Source: Leucoraja ocellata (lineage: Eukaryota). From it: DNA of 64,000 nt. The notes below the pieces were generated by a model. It searched no databases, was not told where the DNA came from, and saw only the letters and a list, made by a program, of their open reading frames with translations. A program made the translations under genes and the position numbers. The DNA lies in contig JAWMAR010001602.1 in the NCBI GenBank assembly GCA_036785375.1, positions 1 to 64,000 of the forward strand. The letters are read 5' to 3'. Positions 10,961-23,261 of the stretch are shown one piece after another; the stretch's first letter is position 1, and each line of letters begins with the position of its first letter.

Positions 10961-11505
10961 NNNNNNNNNNNNNNNNNNNNNNNNNNNNNNNNNNNNNNNN
11001 NNNNNNNNNNNNNNNNNNNNNNNNNNNNNNNNNNNNNNNNNNNNNNNNNNNNNNNNNNNNNNNNNNNNNNNNNNNNNNNNNNNNNNNNNNNNNNNNNNNN
11101 NNNNNNNNNNNNNNNNNNNNNNNNNNNNNNNNNNNNNNNNNNNNNNNNNNNNNNNNNNNNNNNNNNNNNNNNNNNNNNNNNNNNNNNNNNNNNNNNNNNN
11201 NNNNNNNNNNNNNNNNNNNNNNNNNNNNNNNNNNNNNNNNNNNNNNNNNNNNNNNNNNNNNNNNNNNNNNNNNNNNNNNNNNNNNNNNNNNNNNNNNNNN
11301 NNNNNNNNNNNNNNNNNNNNNNNNNNNNNNNNNNNNNNNNNNNNNNNNNNNNNNNNNNNNNNNNNNNNNNNNNNNNNNNNNNNNNNNNNNNNNNNNNNNN
11401 NNNNNNNNNNNNNNNNNNNNNNNNNNNNNNNNNNNNNNNNNNNNNNNNNNNNNNNNNNNNNNNNNNNNNNNNNNNNNNNNNNNNNNNNNNNNNNNNNNNN
11501 NNNNN
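10961..11505. other. Assembly gap
   Basis: Run of N. Confidence 1.
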
Positions 11506-11785
11506 ATACATCAAGCACGACCCACTGCCATGTACGTCCAGGCCCAAGTAAGAATTTAATTGTAACGCTCTCGGCACTTATGAAAATTATGCATTCTTGA
11601 TACTTGACGCGTCATGTGTTAGAAACATAGAGGAAACATAGAAATGTAGAAAAAGATGTGCAGGAGTAGGCATTTGGCCCTTCGAACAGGGACCATTCAA
11701 CATAATCTTGGCTGATCATTTAAATTCAGTACCCCGTTCCTTCTTTTTCCCCATATCCCTTGATTCCATAGGTTTTAAGAGCTAA

Positions 11786-12006
11786 ATGTCCCACTTAGGA
11801 AACCTGAACGGAAACCTCTGGAGACTTTGTGCCCCACCCAAGGTTTCCGTGCAGTTCGCGGAGGTTTTTGTCAGTCTCCCTACCTGCTTCCACTACCTGC
11901 AACTTCCGGCAACCACCTGCAACCTCCGGGAACTGAACGGAAACCTTGGGTGGGGCGTAAAGTCTCCAGAGGTTTCCGTTCAGGTTTCCTAAGTGGGACA
12001 GGGGCA
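11786..12006. mobile_element. MITE with about 75-bp inverted termini (possibly Harbinger-like)
   Basis: TGTCCCACTTAGGAAACCTGAACGGAAACCTCTGGAGACTTT ... AAAGTCTCCAGAGGTTTCCGTTCAGGTTTCCTAAGTGGGACAGGGGC, followed by ATTA. A related copy lies at 59958-60387. Confidence 0.8.
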
Positions 12007-12817
12007 TTACTCCCTCTTGAAAAGATCCAGAGAATTCGCCTCCACTGCCTTCTGTGGCAGAGAATTCCACAGATTCACAACTCTCTGGGTGAATTTTTTT
12101 ATCCTCATCTCAGTCCTACATGGCCTATCCCTTATTCTTAAACTGTGACCCCTGGTTCTGGACTACCCCAACGTCGGGAACATTGTTCCTGCATCTAGCC
12201 TCTCAGTCCTGCCATCCCGGGAATTATCCTGGTGAACCTATGCTGCACTCTCTCAATAGCAAGAATGTCCTTCCTGAAATTTGGAGACCAAAATTGCACA
12301 CAATACTCCAGGTGTGGTCTCACCTGGGCCCTGTACAACTGCCAGAAGGACATCCTTGCTCCGCAACTCAAATCCCAACATGCCATTAGATTGAATGGCA
12401 TGCAATGAAGGCCAACATGCCATTCACTTTTTTCACTGCCTGCTGTACCTGCGTGCTTACATTCAGTGACTGATGTACAAACACACCCAGGTCTCGTTGC
12501 ACCTCCCCTTTTCCAAATCTGACACCACTCAGATAATAAACTGCCTTCCTGTTCTTGCCAATAAAGTGGATAACCTCACATGGATCCACATTATACTGCA
12601 TCTGCCATGCATCTGTCTTATTTTAAGTCACCTTGCAGCCTCATAACATCCTCATCCCAGCTCCCATTGCCATATAGCTTTGTGTCATCCATAGAATTAA
12701 CTTGGAAATTATACATTTAATTCCCTCGTCTAAATCGTTAATAAATATTGTAAATAACTGGGTTCCCAGCACCGTTTGTCACTGCCTGGCATTCTAAAAA
12801 GGACCCGTTATTTCCTA

Positions 12818-13025
12818 GTGTTTAAGAGGGAACTGCAGATGCTGGAGAATCGAAGGTTACACAGAAAAGCTGGAGAAACTCAGCGGGTGCAGCAGCATCT
12901 ATGGAGCGAAGGAAATAGGCAACGTTTCGGTCTGAAGAAGGGTTTCGGCCCGAAACGTTGCCTATTTCCTTCGCTCCATAGATGCTGCTGCACCCGCTGA
13001 GTTTCTCCAGCTTTTCTGTGTAACC
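12818..13025. mobile_element. Inverted Penelope-like pLTR insertion (76-bp perfect arms) with a hammerhead-like core
   Basis: Arms 12855-12930 and 12950-13025; 14-bp TSD CCCGTTATTTCCTA (12804-12817 / 13026-13039). Confidence 0.85.
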
Positions 13026-13564
13026 CCCGTTATTTCCTACTCTTTGCTTCCTGTCTGCCAACCAGTTCTCAATCCAGGTCAATACCCTTTCCCCATTACC
13101 ATGTGATCTAATTTTGCACACTAATCTCTTGCGTGGGACCTTGTCAAAGGTTTTTTGGAAGCCCAGATACTCCACACCCACTGGCTCTCTCTTATCCATT
13201 CTACATCCTCAAAAAATTCCAGATTAGTCAAGCATGATCTCCCTTCATAAATCCATGCTGACTTTGACCAATCCTGTCACTGCTTTCCAAATGCGCTGCT
13301 ATAACATCTTTAATAATCGACTCCAGCATCTTCCCCACTACCGATGTCAGGCTAACGTCCATAATTCCCCGTTTTCTCTCTCCCTCCTTTCTTAAAAAGT
13401 GGAGTTACAACGGCTACCCTCCAGTACACAGGAATGGATCCAGTCGGGAGAATATTGGAAAATGATCACCAATGCATTCACAATTTCGAGGGCCACCTGC
13501 TTGAGTACTCTGGGATACAGACCATCAGGCCCTGCGGATTTATCTGCCTTCAGTCCCAACAGTT

Positions 13565-16008
13565 CAAGTTCAAGTGAATTTATTGTCATGTGTCCCTGTA
13601 TAGGACAATGAAATGCTTGCTTTGCTTCAGCACACAGAACATAGTAGGCATTTACTACAAAACAGATCAGTGTGTCCATATACCATAATATGTATATACA
13701 CACATGAATAAATAAACTGATAAAGTGCAAATAACAGAAAATGGGTTATTAATAATCAGAGTTTTGTCCGAGCCAGGTTTAATAGCCTGATGGCTGAGGG
13801 GAAGTAGCTATTCCTGAACCTGATTGTTGCAGTCTTCAGGCTCCTGTACCTTCTACCTGAAGGTAGCAGGGAGATGAGTGTGTGGCCAGGATGGTGTGGT
13901 TCTTTGATGATACTGCCAGCCTTTTTGAGGCAGCGACTGCGATAAATCCCCTCGATGGAAGGAAGGTCAGAGCCGATGATGGACTGGGCAGTGTTTACTA
14001 CTTTCTGTAGTCTTTTCCTCTCCAGGACGCTCAAATTGCCAAACCAAGCCACGATGCAACCGGTCAGCATGCTCTCTGCTGTGCACCTGTAGAAGTTAGA
14101 GAGAGTCTTCCTTGACAAACCGACTCTCCGTAATCTTGTCAGGAAGTAGAGGCGCTGATGAGCTTTCTTGATAATTGCATTAGTGTTCTCGGACCAGGAA
14201 AGATCTTCAGAGATGTGCAAGCCCAGGAATTTGAAGCTCTTGACCCTTTCAACCATATGAATGGGGCTGTGGGTCCCCATCCTACTACTTCCAAATCCAC
14301 AATCAGTTCTTGGTTCTTGGTTCTTGGTTTCTTGGTCCTCCAAAATATTCCAAATGGAATTTAAACTGGAGGTGGTGAAGGGAGGGCTTAAGCCAGAAAG
14401 GGTTATTGGGAAGAAAGAGCTACTTTAAATTTAGTTGCATCTGGTTGGGTAACTATAGTTGGGTGGAGATTATTCCATGCTTTAATTGTGCGGGGGAAGA
14501 ACGAATTGCTGTACACATCTGTCTTTGTAGCTGGGATCACAAATTGCATCGAATGCCCTCGTCTGCTCCTAATTGGTTTGGGTTTGGTGTAGGTCTTGTA
14601 GTCTATGTCGAGCTGACCATTTAACATTTTGTAAAAACAGGTCAAACGGTGAGCTTCACGTCTGTCTTGGAGAGGGTTCCACCCCAGAGAATTCAGAAGT
14701 TTGGTGACAGTCACTTCTCTCTCATAGGTGTTAGTAACAAATCGAGCTGCCTGTCTTTGGACACGTTCGATGGAAGAAATGTTTTTATTTGTGTATGGGT
14801 CCCATGCTGCAACTGCGTAGTCCAAATGAGGTCTAACGAGGGTGAAGTATAGCTTCTCCATGACAGAGGTTGAACAATGATGAAAGTTACGCCTCAGAAA
14901 GTTTAGGACACCTGTTGCTTTCACCGTTGTATGATGAGTCTGACCATTCCAACGCAGATCATTCTGCAATTTGATGCCAAGATACTTGGTTTGTTTGGAT
15001 TCTTCAAGGGTGGTACCAAGTATATTGTAAGATGTTTCGCCTGGATTCCTCTTTCTGGTGACACGCATAGTTTCACATTTGGAAGGGTTGAACTGCATGC
15101 CCCATTGTTGTGACCACTCAACCATAGTATCGAGATCCTTTTGGAGAGCATCTTCATCATCAGCTGACTTAATTGGACGGTACAGCAAACAATCATCAGC
15201 GAAAAGTCTGGTCGTACTTGTGACTTTTTCATGGATGTCATTTATGTAAAGCAAAAATAGATGTGGGCCAAGTACTGTGCCCTGAGGTGTACCACTCAAC
15301 ACTGGATGCCAATTGGAGCTCTTTCTGTTCACACACACACACTGAAGATGTTTTGTCAGGAAACTGGAAATCCATCGTTTAGTGTTGGAACAAATAACAT
15401 AGAAGTCAAGCTTCTGAAGCAGTCTCTGGTGTGGGATGACATCAAATGCTTTAGAAAAGTCCAGCACAACTAAATCCGTGATGACGTTACTATCAAGGTG
15501 CTTGGCTAGGTCATTTGTCTCAGGATAAGCTGAGACTCGCATGATCTATGCCTCCTTGGTTTTGCTGGTGTTGAGGGCCAGGTTATTGCGCTGGCACCAT
15601 ATGGACAGTTGCTCGATCTCTGTTCTATACTCTGACTCATCCCCATCAGTGATACGTTCCACAACAGTGGTGTCGTCAGCGAACTTGATGATGGAGTTTG
15701 CACTTTGACTGGCTACGCAGTCATGAGTATAGAGTGAGTACAGCTGGGGGCTGAGCACGCAGCCTTGAGGTGCTCCCGTGCTGATTGTAATCGAGGCTAA
15801 CACATTTCCACCCATACGAACAGACTGTGGTCTGTGAATGAGGAAGTCGAGGATCCAATTGCAGAGGGATGCGCAGAGACCCAGTTCTGCGAGTTTGGTA
15901 ACCAGCTTGGAGGGGATGATTGTGTTAAATGCCGAGCTGTAATCGATGAATAACAGTCTGACATATGAGTTTTTGTTGTCCAAGTGGTCCAGAGAGAAGT
16001 GGAGGGTT
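13565..16008 (-). mobile_element. Rex1/Babar-like LINE (5'-truncated), split by a Crack/L2-like LINE
   Basis: [11 protein letters not shown]...KFADDTT (15546-15983) and KKAHQRLYFL...SGRRYRS (13756-14300); (TTGAAC)n tail. Confidence 0.85.
14316..15552 (-). mobile_element. CR1-group (Crack/Daphne/L2-like) LINE 3' part with an uninterrupted 379-aa RT ORF
   Basis: LDFSKAFD, GTPQGTVLGP, RLFADDCL, IERVQRQAARFV and SFFPRTI motifs; (AACCAAG)n tail. Confidence 0.85.
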
Positions 16009-18479
16009 ACAGTTTACTGTATATGACACCATTTCCTGGCTAACGTGGGTTCCCTTCAGTTCCTCCCTCCCACTAAATCCTCGGTCCCCTAGTATTTCTG
16101 GGAGATTGTTTGTGTCTTCCTTAGTAAATACTGAACCAAAGTACTTGTTTGTTCTGCCATTTCCTTGCTTTCCATTAGAAATTCACCTGTCTCTGATTGT
16201 AAATGACCTACATTTTCTTCACTGATCTTTTCCTTTTTACATATCTAAAGAAGCTATTGCAGTCAGTTTTGATATTCCACGCCAGCGTTCTTTCATGCTC
16301 TCCTTTCCCGCCTTAATTAACCCTTTTTTCGTCCCCTGTTGAGTTCTACATTTCTCCCAGTCCTCTGGCCAATTTATATAACCTCTTCCTTGGATTTAAC
16401 ACTATCCTTGATTTCCCTCGTTAGTCACGTTGAGCCGCCTTCCCCATATTATTTCTTTCCCTAGCCGGGGATGAACACATTTTGGAGTTCATCCATGCAG
16501 TCTTTAAATATTTGGAATTGCATCTCCACCATCAACACTTTAAGTATAATTTGCCCGTCTATCCTAGCCAATTCCCGACTCATACCCTCAATGTCTCTTC
16601 TTAGTTACTTAATAACATTTGGCTTGGCTCTGTATATAAAAGATGCTTCAATCCCTTTTGTTATTACATATGGTCTTGGAAACAACACATCATTCCTCCA
16701 CAGTGAACATATTATAATCAGTTTCCATTTAAATCAGAAAAGGCATTTCCCTCACATTTGATCCTCGCTTACCAACTTAAATCCATTTTAATTCACGTGA
16801 AGCCGCCACCATTCAATGATCATCAATGATAGGCTGTTTTATACAATAAGTTGCTAGATTCTGAAGAAAATGGATGTGCTGAGGGATCTTAGAGTCCAAG
16901 TTCATAGCTCACTGCATTTGGCAGCACATGTAGATGGTAAAGTGGATGTATGGTATACTTGCGTTCATTGCTAGGGGTGTTGAGCATAAGGGTCAGGAAC
17001 ATGATGCTGTTCTATATGAGTTTGATGAGGCAGCAATTGGAGTATTGAGTACAGATCCGATCGCCCCATTAAAGGGAAGAAATTGAGGTTTTGGAGAGGG
17101 TACAAAACAGGTTAACCAGAATGCTGCCTGGATCAGCCACAGGGAGAGAGTGGATATCCATGGATTGTTTTCTCTGGAATGTCGGAGGTTCGTGGGAGAC
17201 TTGATAGAAGTATATACAATGATGAGAGTCATTGATAGGGTAGACAGTCAGTGTCATTTTCCAGGATGGAAATGTCCAACATGAGAAGACATAGATATAA
17301 GGTGTGAGGGGGAACGTTGAATGCAGATGGGAAAGGCAACTATTTTACACGGAGCAGGAATGCATGATGGTGGTGTGGGTCGATATGATAGTGGTGTTTA
17401 AGAGGCTCATTGTAGGTACATTGAAGTGTAGAGAGTACAAGGATATGGATCAGGACAGGCAAGGATATGGATCTGTTTAATTGGACTTAATGTTCGCCAC
17501 AAACATTGCCTTCCTAAGGTCCCGTTACAGCCAATATTCAATAAATCTCTGCACCTGTGCATATATATTTAGTCTGTTTTCTGTATTCACCACAATCAGA
17601 GGCAACATGCATTTTACCCGTTTATATCATGTTGTTTATTTAATCTCACAATATCATAATCATAATCATATTTTATTAGCCAAGTATGTTTTGCAACATA
17701 TGAGGAATTTGATTTGCCATCCAGTCATACCAATAAAAAGCAACAGAAGAAACAAAATACATTTTAACATGAACATCCACCACAGTGACTCCTCCACATT
17801 CCTCACTGTGAATAGTTAAATCTCTTCCATTCTTTGTTCTCCCGCGGTCGGGGGCCTCGAGCCTTCCGTTGATCTTGACTCCCGTAGCCGGCGGCGGTCC
17901 GTCCGCGTCAGGGCGATCAAGCTCCTGCATCGGGGGGATCTCAGCTCCCCGCGCCGGGTCGAGGCTGGTCAAACCTTCTGTGTCGTTGGAGCTTCCCGAC
18001 GTCGGTCTCTCCCGAGACTGCGAGGTCATTGATGTTAAAGCCTGCAGGCCGCGGTTGGAGCGTCGATCCCAGGCAAGGAATCAGCTTCGATGTAAGTCCA
18101 CGCCCAGCGGTGGGGCTCAAAGTCAGTCCTGAGCAAGGCCGCCAGCTCCATGATGTTAGGCCGCAGAGTGACTAGAGATATGACCCGGAAAACAATCGCA
18201 TCTCCGGCAAGGAACAAAACTTTCCCCCGATCCCCTCCCTCACGCCCCACATAAAACAAACCAGAGAACATTAGCACAAATTTCAAAACACACTAAAAAT
18301 AATAAAAACAACGGTATATTGTCCAACTTCTTGTATTATCTAAGCTTGTCTTTGCCCCGCATAAACCATGTTAGACCCAGCCTCCATATTCATTAAACTC
18401 ACTGGACATAAAAATAAAATAATGATCATGGGGAACAAGGACCGCTCTTTTCACAATGCATTGTGTTTTCTTTTCTCTT

Positions 18480-18800
18480 ATTTAGTTTTGTTTAGTTTGG
18501 AAACACAGCGCGGAAACAAGCCCTTCGGACCTCCGCGCCCACGCCGACCAGTGGTGCCCATACACTAGCACTATCCAACACACTAGGGACAATCTACATT
18601 CAATTCCAAAGCCAATTAACCAACAGACCTATACGTCTTTGGAGTGTGGGAGGAAACCGGAGCACCCGGAGAAAACACACGCGGTCACATGGAGTAGGGA
18701 CATACACCGTATAGACAGCCTCCAGTCAGGATCAAATCTTGGTCTCTGGTGCTGTAAGGCAGCAGCTCTACCACTGTGCCAGCCTGTCGCCCCATATGCC
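18480..18800 (-). mobile_element. V-SINE/HE1-type SINE
   Basis: tRNA-like head at about 18730-18780, V-domain GGAGTGTGGGAGGAAACCGGAGCACCCGGAGAAAAC, and CR1-like tail. Confidence 0.75.
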
Positions 18801-21800
18801 ACTGTGCTGCCCCTATATCTACTATAATAGACAATGTCATTGTTTATGGGTTGTATTTATTCATATGATATTTTGAATCTCTAAACTAAAATAATAAAAT
18901 AACTATAGTACCATGTTCTGAAGCACAATTCTATGTCACATTAGGCCTTACGTCTCCATACTTTATACTGAAACACGCATCCATCTGACAAGCCCAACGT
19001 CTGTATTTGCTTAAATCACAATCTGTCTCAACCTTCTGTACCTTACACTGAGTACACTCCACAATAGTCTTGCAAATGCACTATATAGACCATAGAAATG
19101 TACAGTACAGTTACATGCCTTTCCACTCACAGTCTCTCTACTAAATATAAAGCCAAGATAAACCAATCTCACCTACGTGCAAACGATTCACATCCCGCCA
19201 CTCTCTGCATATCCATATGCCTGTCTAAATACTTCTGGTGCATTACACAATGTGTTTCAAGCACCTGTCCACTTCATATGCTGCACTATGTCAACAATAA
19301 TTACACCCCAAAATGCCGCCGGCTCTAAAGCACGAGGGCGCATCTATATTTATTTCAGACTTCACCAAAAACTGAATTAGTCCTACAGAGACTGTAGCAG
19401 TCCAGAATAAAGTTATCCGTGTTGGCAAGTTGGGTTAAGGTCACATATTTTCTCAGTTCCACTTCCGGATCTGGGCTGCGCCACTTTTTGTGCAACAAAT
19501 ATACAAAAAATACAACAAGTATTTGAAAATTCTGAATAAACATTATCAACTGATCTCATCACTTTGGTGTCCAAGAAGAGACTGCAGATGCTGGAGAATT
19601 GAAGGTAGACAAAAGTGCTGGAGAAACTCAGCGGGTGAGGTAGCATCTATGGAGCAAAGGAAATAGGCAACGTTTCGGGCCGAAACCCTTCTTTAGACTG
19701 GTTAATCATGTTGGTTCTCTGTTAAAAGGAAGATGGAAACCTGCAATGATGGAAATACTGCATCTTGCATCTATTTTAACATCACTGTAAATTATCTAAG
19801 CTTATAATGCAGAAAATCTCAAAGCATTTGAATTTGTGGCCATGTTAGCAGATGATATGAACATAGGTAGAGGGACAGGTAGTGTAGAGGAAGCAGGGAG
19901 CCTGCAGATGAACTGGACAGGTTGGTAGAATTGGCCAACAAGGATATGGAAAATGTTGAGCCGAGTTTGGGCCCATACAGTATCTGAGGAGGGATAAGCT
20001 GGACTTGGAGAGGGATCCGATGAGGCTTAGAATAATGATCCCGGGGATGATTGGGGTAACCTTTGATGAGCGTTTGACAGCGCTAGGCCTATGCACGCTG
20101 GACTTTAAAAGGATGTGGTGAGACCTTATTGCGACTGATTGAGTTTGAAAGGCCCGAGGAGGGTTGATGTGGAGAGGATGTTTCCACTCATTGGAAAGTC
20201 TAGGACAAGAGAGCACAGCCTCAGTGTAAAAGTACATAGACTTAGAAAGGAAATGAGGAATTTATTTAATCAGCGGTGAATCTGTGGAATTCATTGCCAC
20301 GGGCAGCCATGGAGGCCAAGTTATATGGTTCTGTTTTAAAGTGGAGATTGGCAGATTTGTGAGGGAGTCAAGGGCTTTGGCGGAAAGGCAGCAGAATGGG
20401 TACGAGAGAGAAAGATAAGTCAGCGGCGATTGAATGGCAGAGTAGACACGACGGGCCGAATGATACAATTATGCTGCTATGATTCATGAATATCTGAACT
20501 TATGAAAGTACGCTGAATCACCAGAGAAAATGTAGTAAAATAATGCACTAGATATCGACAAGTCACCTGGACCCAATGACTTGCATGTGAGCATTAGAAA
20601 TAAGTAGATGTAGACAAAGAGAGAGTATGGATTATAATATATTAGAAAATAACATTTACAAATGATGTAACATTGCGGAAAAACTCTAATTGAGTTAAAA
20701 CTGCAAAAGTGACTACGATTAAGAAGGAGAGCCAGAAATGAGCACGAAAAATGTCAAATAGTCAAACATCTATCAGAGGGGAGATATTGAATGCCATGAT
20801 TAAGCAGATAATATCCGGATGCTTAGGGTTCATAAGCGCTTCTAACAGATTGTTCATCATTTTTTGAAAAAGCAACGGTATTTGACAAAGTTGTTGTAAG
20901 TCTTTGAAGATGGAATGTGTGTCCTGGTTTGTTTTTGGATGAGGTACTTGCATAGATCAGTGATGATATGTCAATTGTTTACAATGCATATTAATAACTT
21001 CAATAAATGGACTGATTGCCGTGTTTAGGCCTTTTGACGGCACACACAGTGTTCCGGTGAGAAGTGTCAGGCTAACACAAAGAACCTGCAGTGTGATGTG
21101 TACAATGGGTACCAAATTGGACGATGCTTTATGAAACATTGAGGACATCATATTGGAAATGAAGAAGGAAAGCAAGTACTGACAATATTATTTCAGTGAG
21201 GTGTACCTTCAAAATTTTGTGGTGCAAACATTTCTGAGCAACCAGATTATGACACATAAAATATTAACCAGAGGTGCAGCAGCCGTCTTGGGAGGCTAAT
21301 GGAATGAAGCTTGTATTGAAGTGGGATAAATAAGCAGTTTGTGGTACCTGCTGAGATTATCTCCTCCATTAACTGGTGAATAGAGGTGGGGACCGGATAA
21401 AGCCTGGGAAGTGATAAGTGGAGGAAATGTGTAGGGAGGATCTGCAATTACTGGTTTACAAAGAGGATAGACACAAATGGCGGAGTAACTCAGGGGCTCA
21501 GGTCGCATCTCCGGCGAAAAAGAATCTGTGACTTTCGGCTCCAGACCCTTCTTCTTCAGACTGAGAGTCAGAGGAGAGGGGCAATAGTAGATATACTAAT
21601 ATTGGATAACATTCTTACTTTTTTGGCATAAACATCAAGGGAGGGGGGGAAACTAGAGGCATGTAAGGGTACAAATAACAAGTTAATGAAAGTTACGAAA
21701 AGAACAAATCAAAGCCAGCCCAATGATCAAGGAATGGTGGAGCCCACAATGGCCTCTTGTTGGCTGTGGAAAAGGTGATAACAAGTGCATATAAGCCGTA

Positions 21801-21914
21801 AAACTAAGCAGGACGACAGTGAAACTAGTAGGATGACTGGGTGGGTGAGGAAGGGGACTGATGGATTGCAACGGTTAGAGGAAATAAGGAAGATCAATAT
21901 TCCTACCGCTATGG

Positions 21915-21944
21915 TTCGGGTTAGGGTTAGGGTTAGGGTTAGGG
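21915..21944 (+). repeat. Short interstitial telomere-like repeat TTCGGG(TTAGGG)4
   Basis: Read directly from the sequence. Confidence 0.85.
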
Positions 21945-22561
21945 AGAGTGCAGGTGAGGATATCGATTGGCAGATGGCTGGAGGAAGGATACGGATGATG
22001 GGACGTTTTATAGATTTCTAATGAGATCATGTCTGGAAACATCTCTAATACTGGAATACAATGCTTGGGACTATTGTAAGGATGGTAGTGCAAGGTTCAC
22101 TAAGCTGATTCTTGCATGACAAAATTATGTGGAGAGGCAGATAAACAGAAAGAGGCCACTACATAACATTTCAAAGACTTAGAGATGACCTTACTATTGT
22201 TAATATTCTGAGCTGGGTTGATGGGCTAGCTGTTGAGATTATTTTTTCTACAGTGGCGTTCAGGACTAAGGAGCGTGGATTCAGAATAAGGGGTAGCTAA
22301 TGCAATCGGTGACTAAGAGTAATTTGTGACAAGGAGTTGTGGCACTTTGGAATTCTCTATTCCCGAAAACAATGGATATGAATATATTGACAATATTTCA
22401 ATTGGATGCTGGTGGAGTTTAAAAAAAATCAAATAAGGCAAGGAGTATGTGGAATGAGTGGAAAGATGATGAGGATTCTTAGACGGCATCCGCCATGATA
22501 TTATGGAAGAGCGAAGCGACTACGAATGATGGGTCAGCATCTTTCTGCAGTGTTTCTCGAT

Positions 22562-23075
22562 TGACAATAGACAATAGACATTAGGTGCAGGAGTAGACCA
22601 TTCAGCCCTTTATGCCAGAACCGCCATTCACTGTGATTATGGCTGATCATCCACAATTAGTGCCCCGTTCATGCCTTCTCCCCATATCCCCATGACTCCA
22701 CTATCTTTAAGAGCTCTATCTAACTCTTTCTGGAAAGCATCCAGAGAATTGGCCTCCACTGACTTTTGAGGCAGAGAATTCCACAGATTCACAACTCTCT
22801 GGGTGAGAAAGCTTTTCCTCATCTCCGTTCTAAATGGCCTACCCCTTATTCTTAAACTGTGCCCCCTGGTTCTGGACTCCCCCAACATCGGGAACATGTT
22901 TCCTGCTTCTAGCGTGTCCAATCTCTTAATAATCTTATATGTCTCAATAAGATCCCCTCTCATTCTTCTAAATTCCAGAGTATACAAGCCCAGTCACTGC
23001 ATTCGTTCAACAGTCCCGCCATCCCGGGAATTAACCTCGTGAACCTACGCTGCACTCCCTCAATAGCAAGAATAT
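22562..23075 (-). mobile_element. CR1 LINE 3' fragment
   Basis: ORF 22637-22987 is the CR1 C-terminus; (CTATTGT)n tail. Confidence 0.85.
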
Positions 23076-23261
23076 CCTCTTTTCAAGCAATACACAAACT
23101 GATGTAGCATTTCAGCGAGCCAATGTACATCTATGGAGGGGCTGGACAGATGACGCGTCCTAACGGAATGCTTTCTTCTGAGTAATTGCCGTCGGGGTGG
23201 GGAGAAAACTGGAAAAGAGTGGGTGTGGCAGGAAAAAGTTTGGCAAACAATAGGTGGAAGA

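Larger units (their letters stand above)
11620..16590 (-). mobile_element. CR1 LINE interrupted by a MITE, a Penelope-like hairpin and a Rex1[Crack] nest
   Basis: CR1 ORF2 fragments at 12195-12601 and 13040-13560; the element resumes at about 16015 after TSD ACAGTT (13559-13564 / 16009-16014). Confidence 0.85.

Noticed and set aside
10709-11577. Long ORFs in the track (280, 247, 187 aa), and those at 63498-63882
   Set aside because: Artefacts of reading through N gaps.
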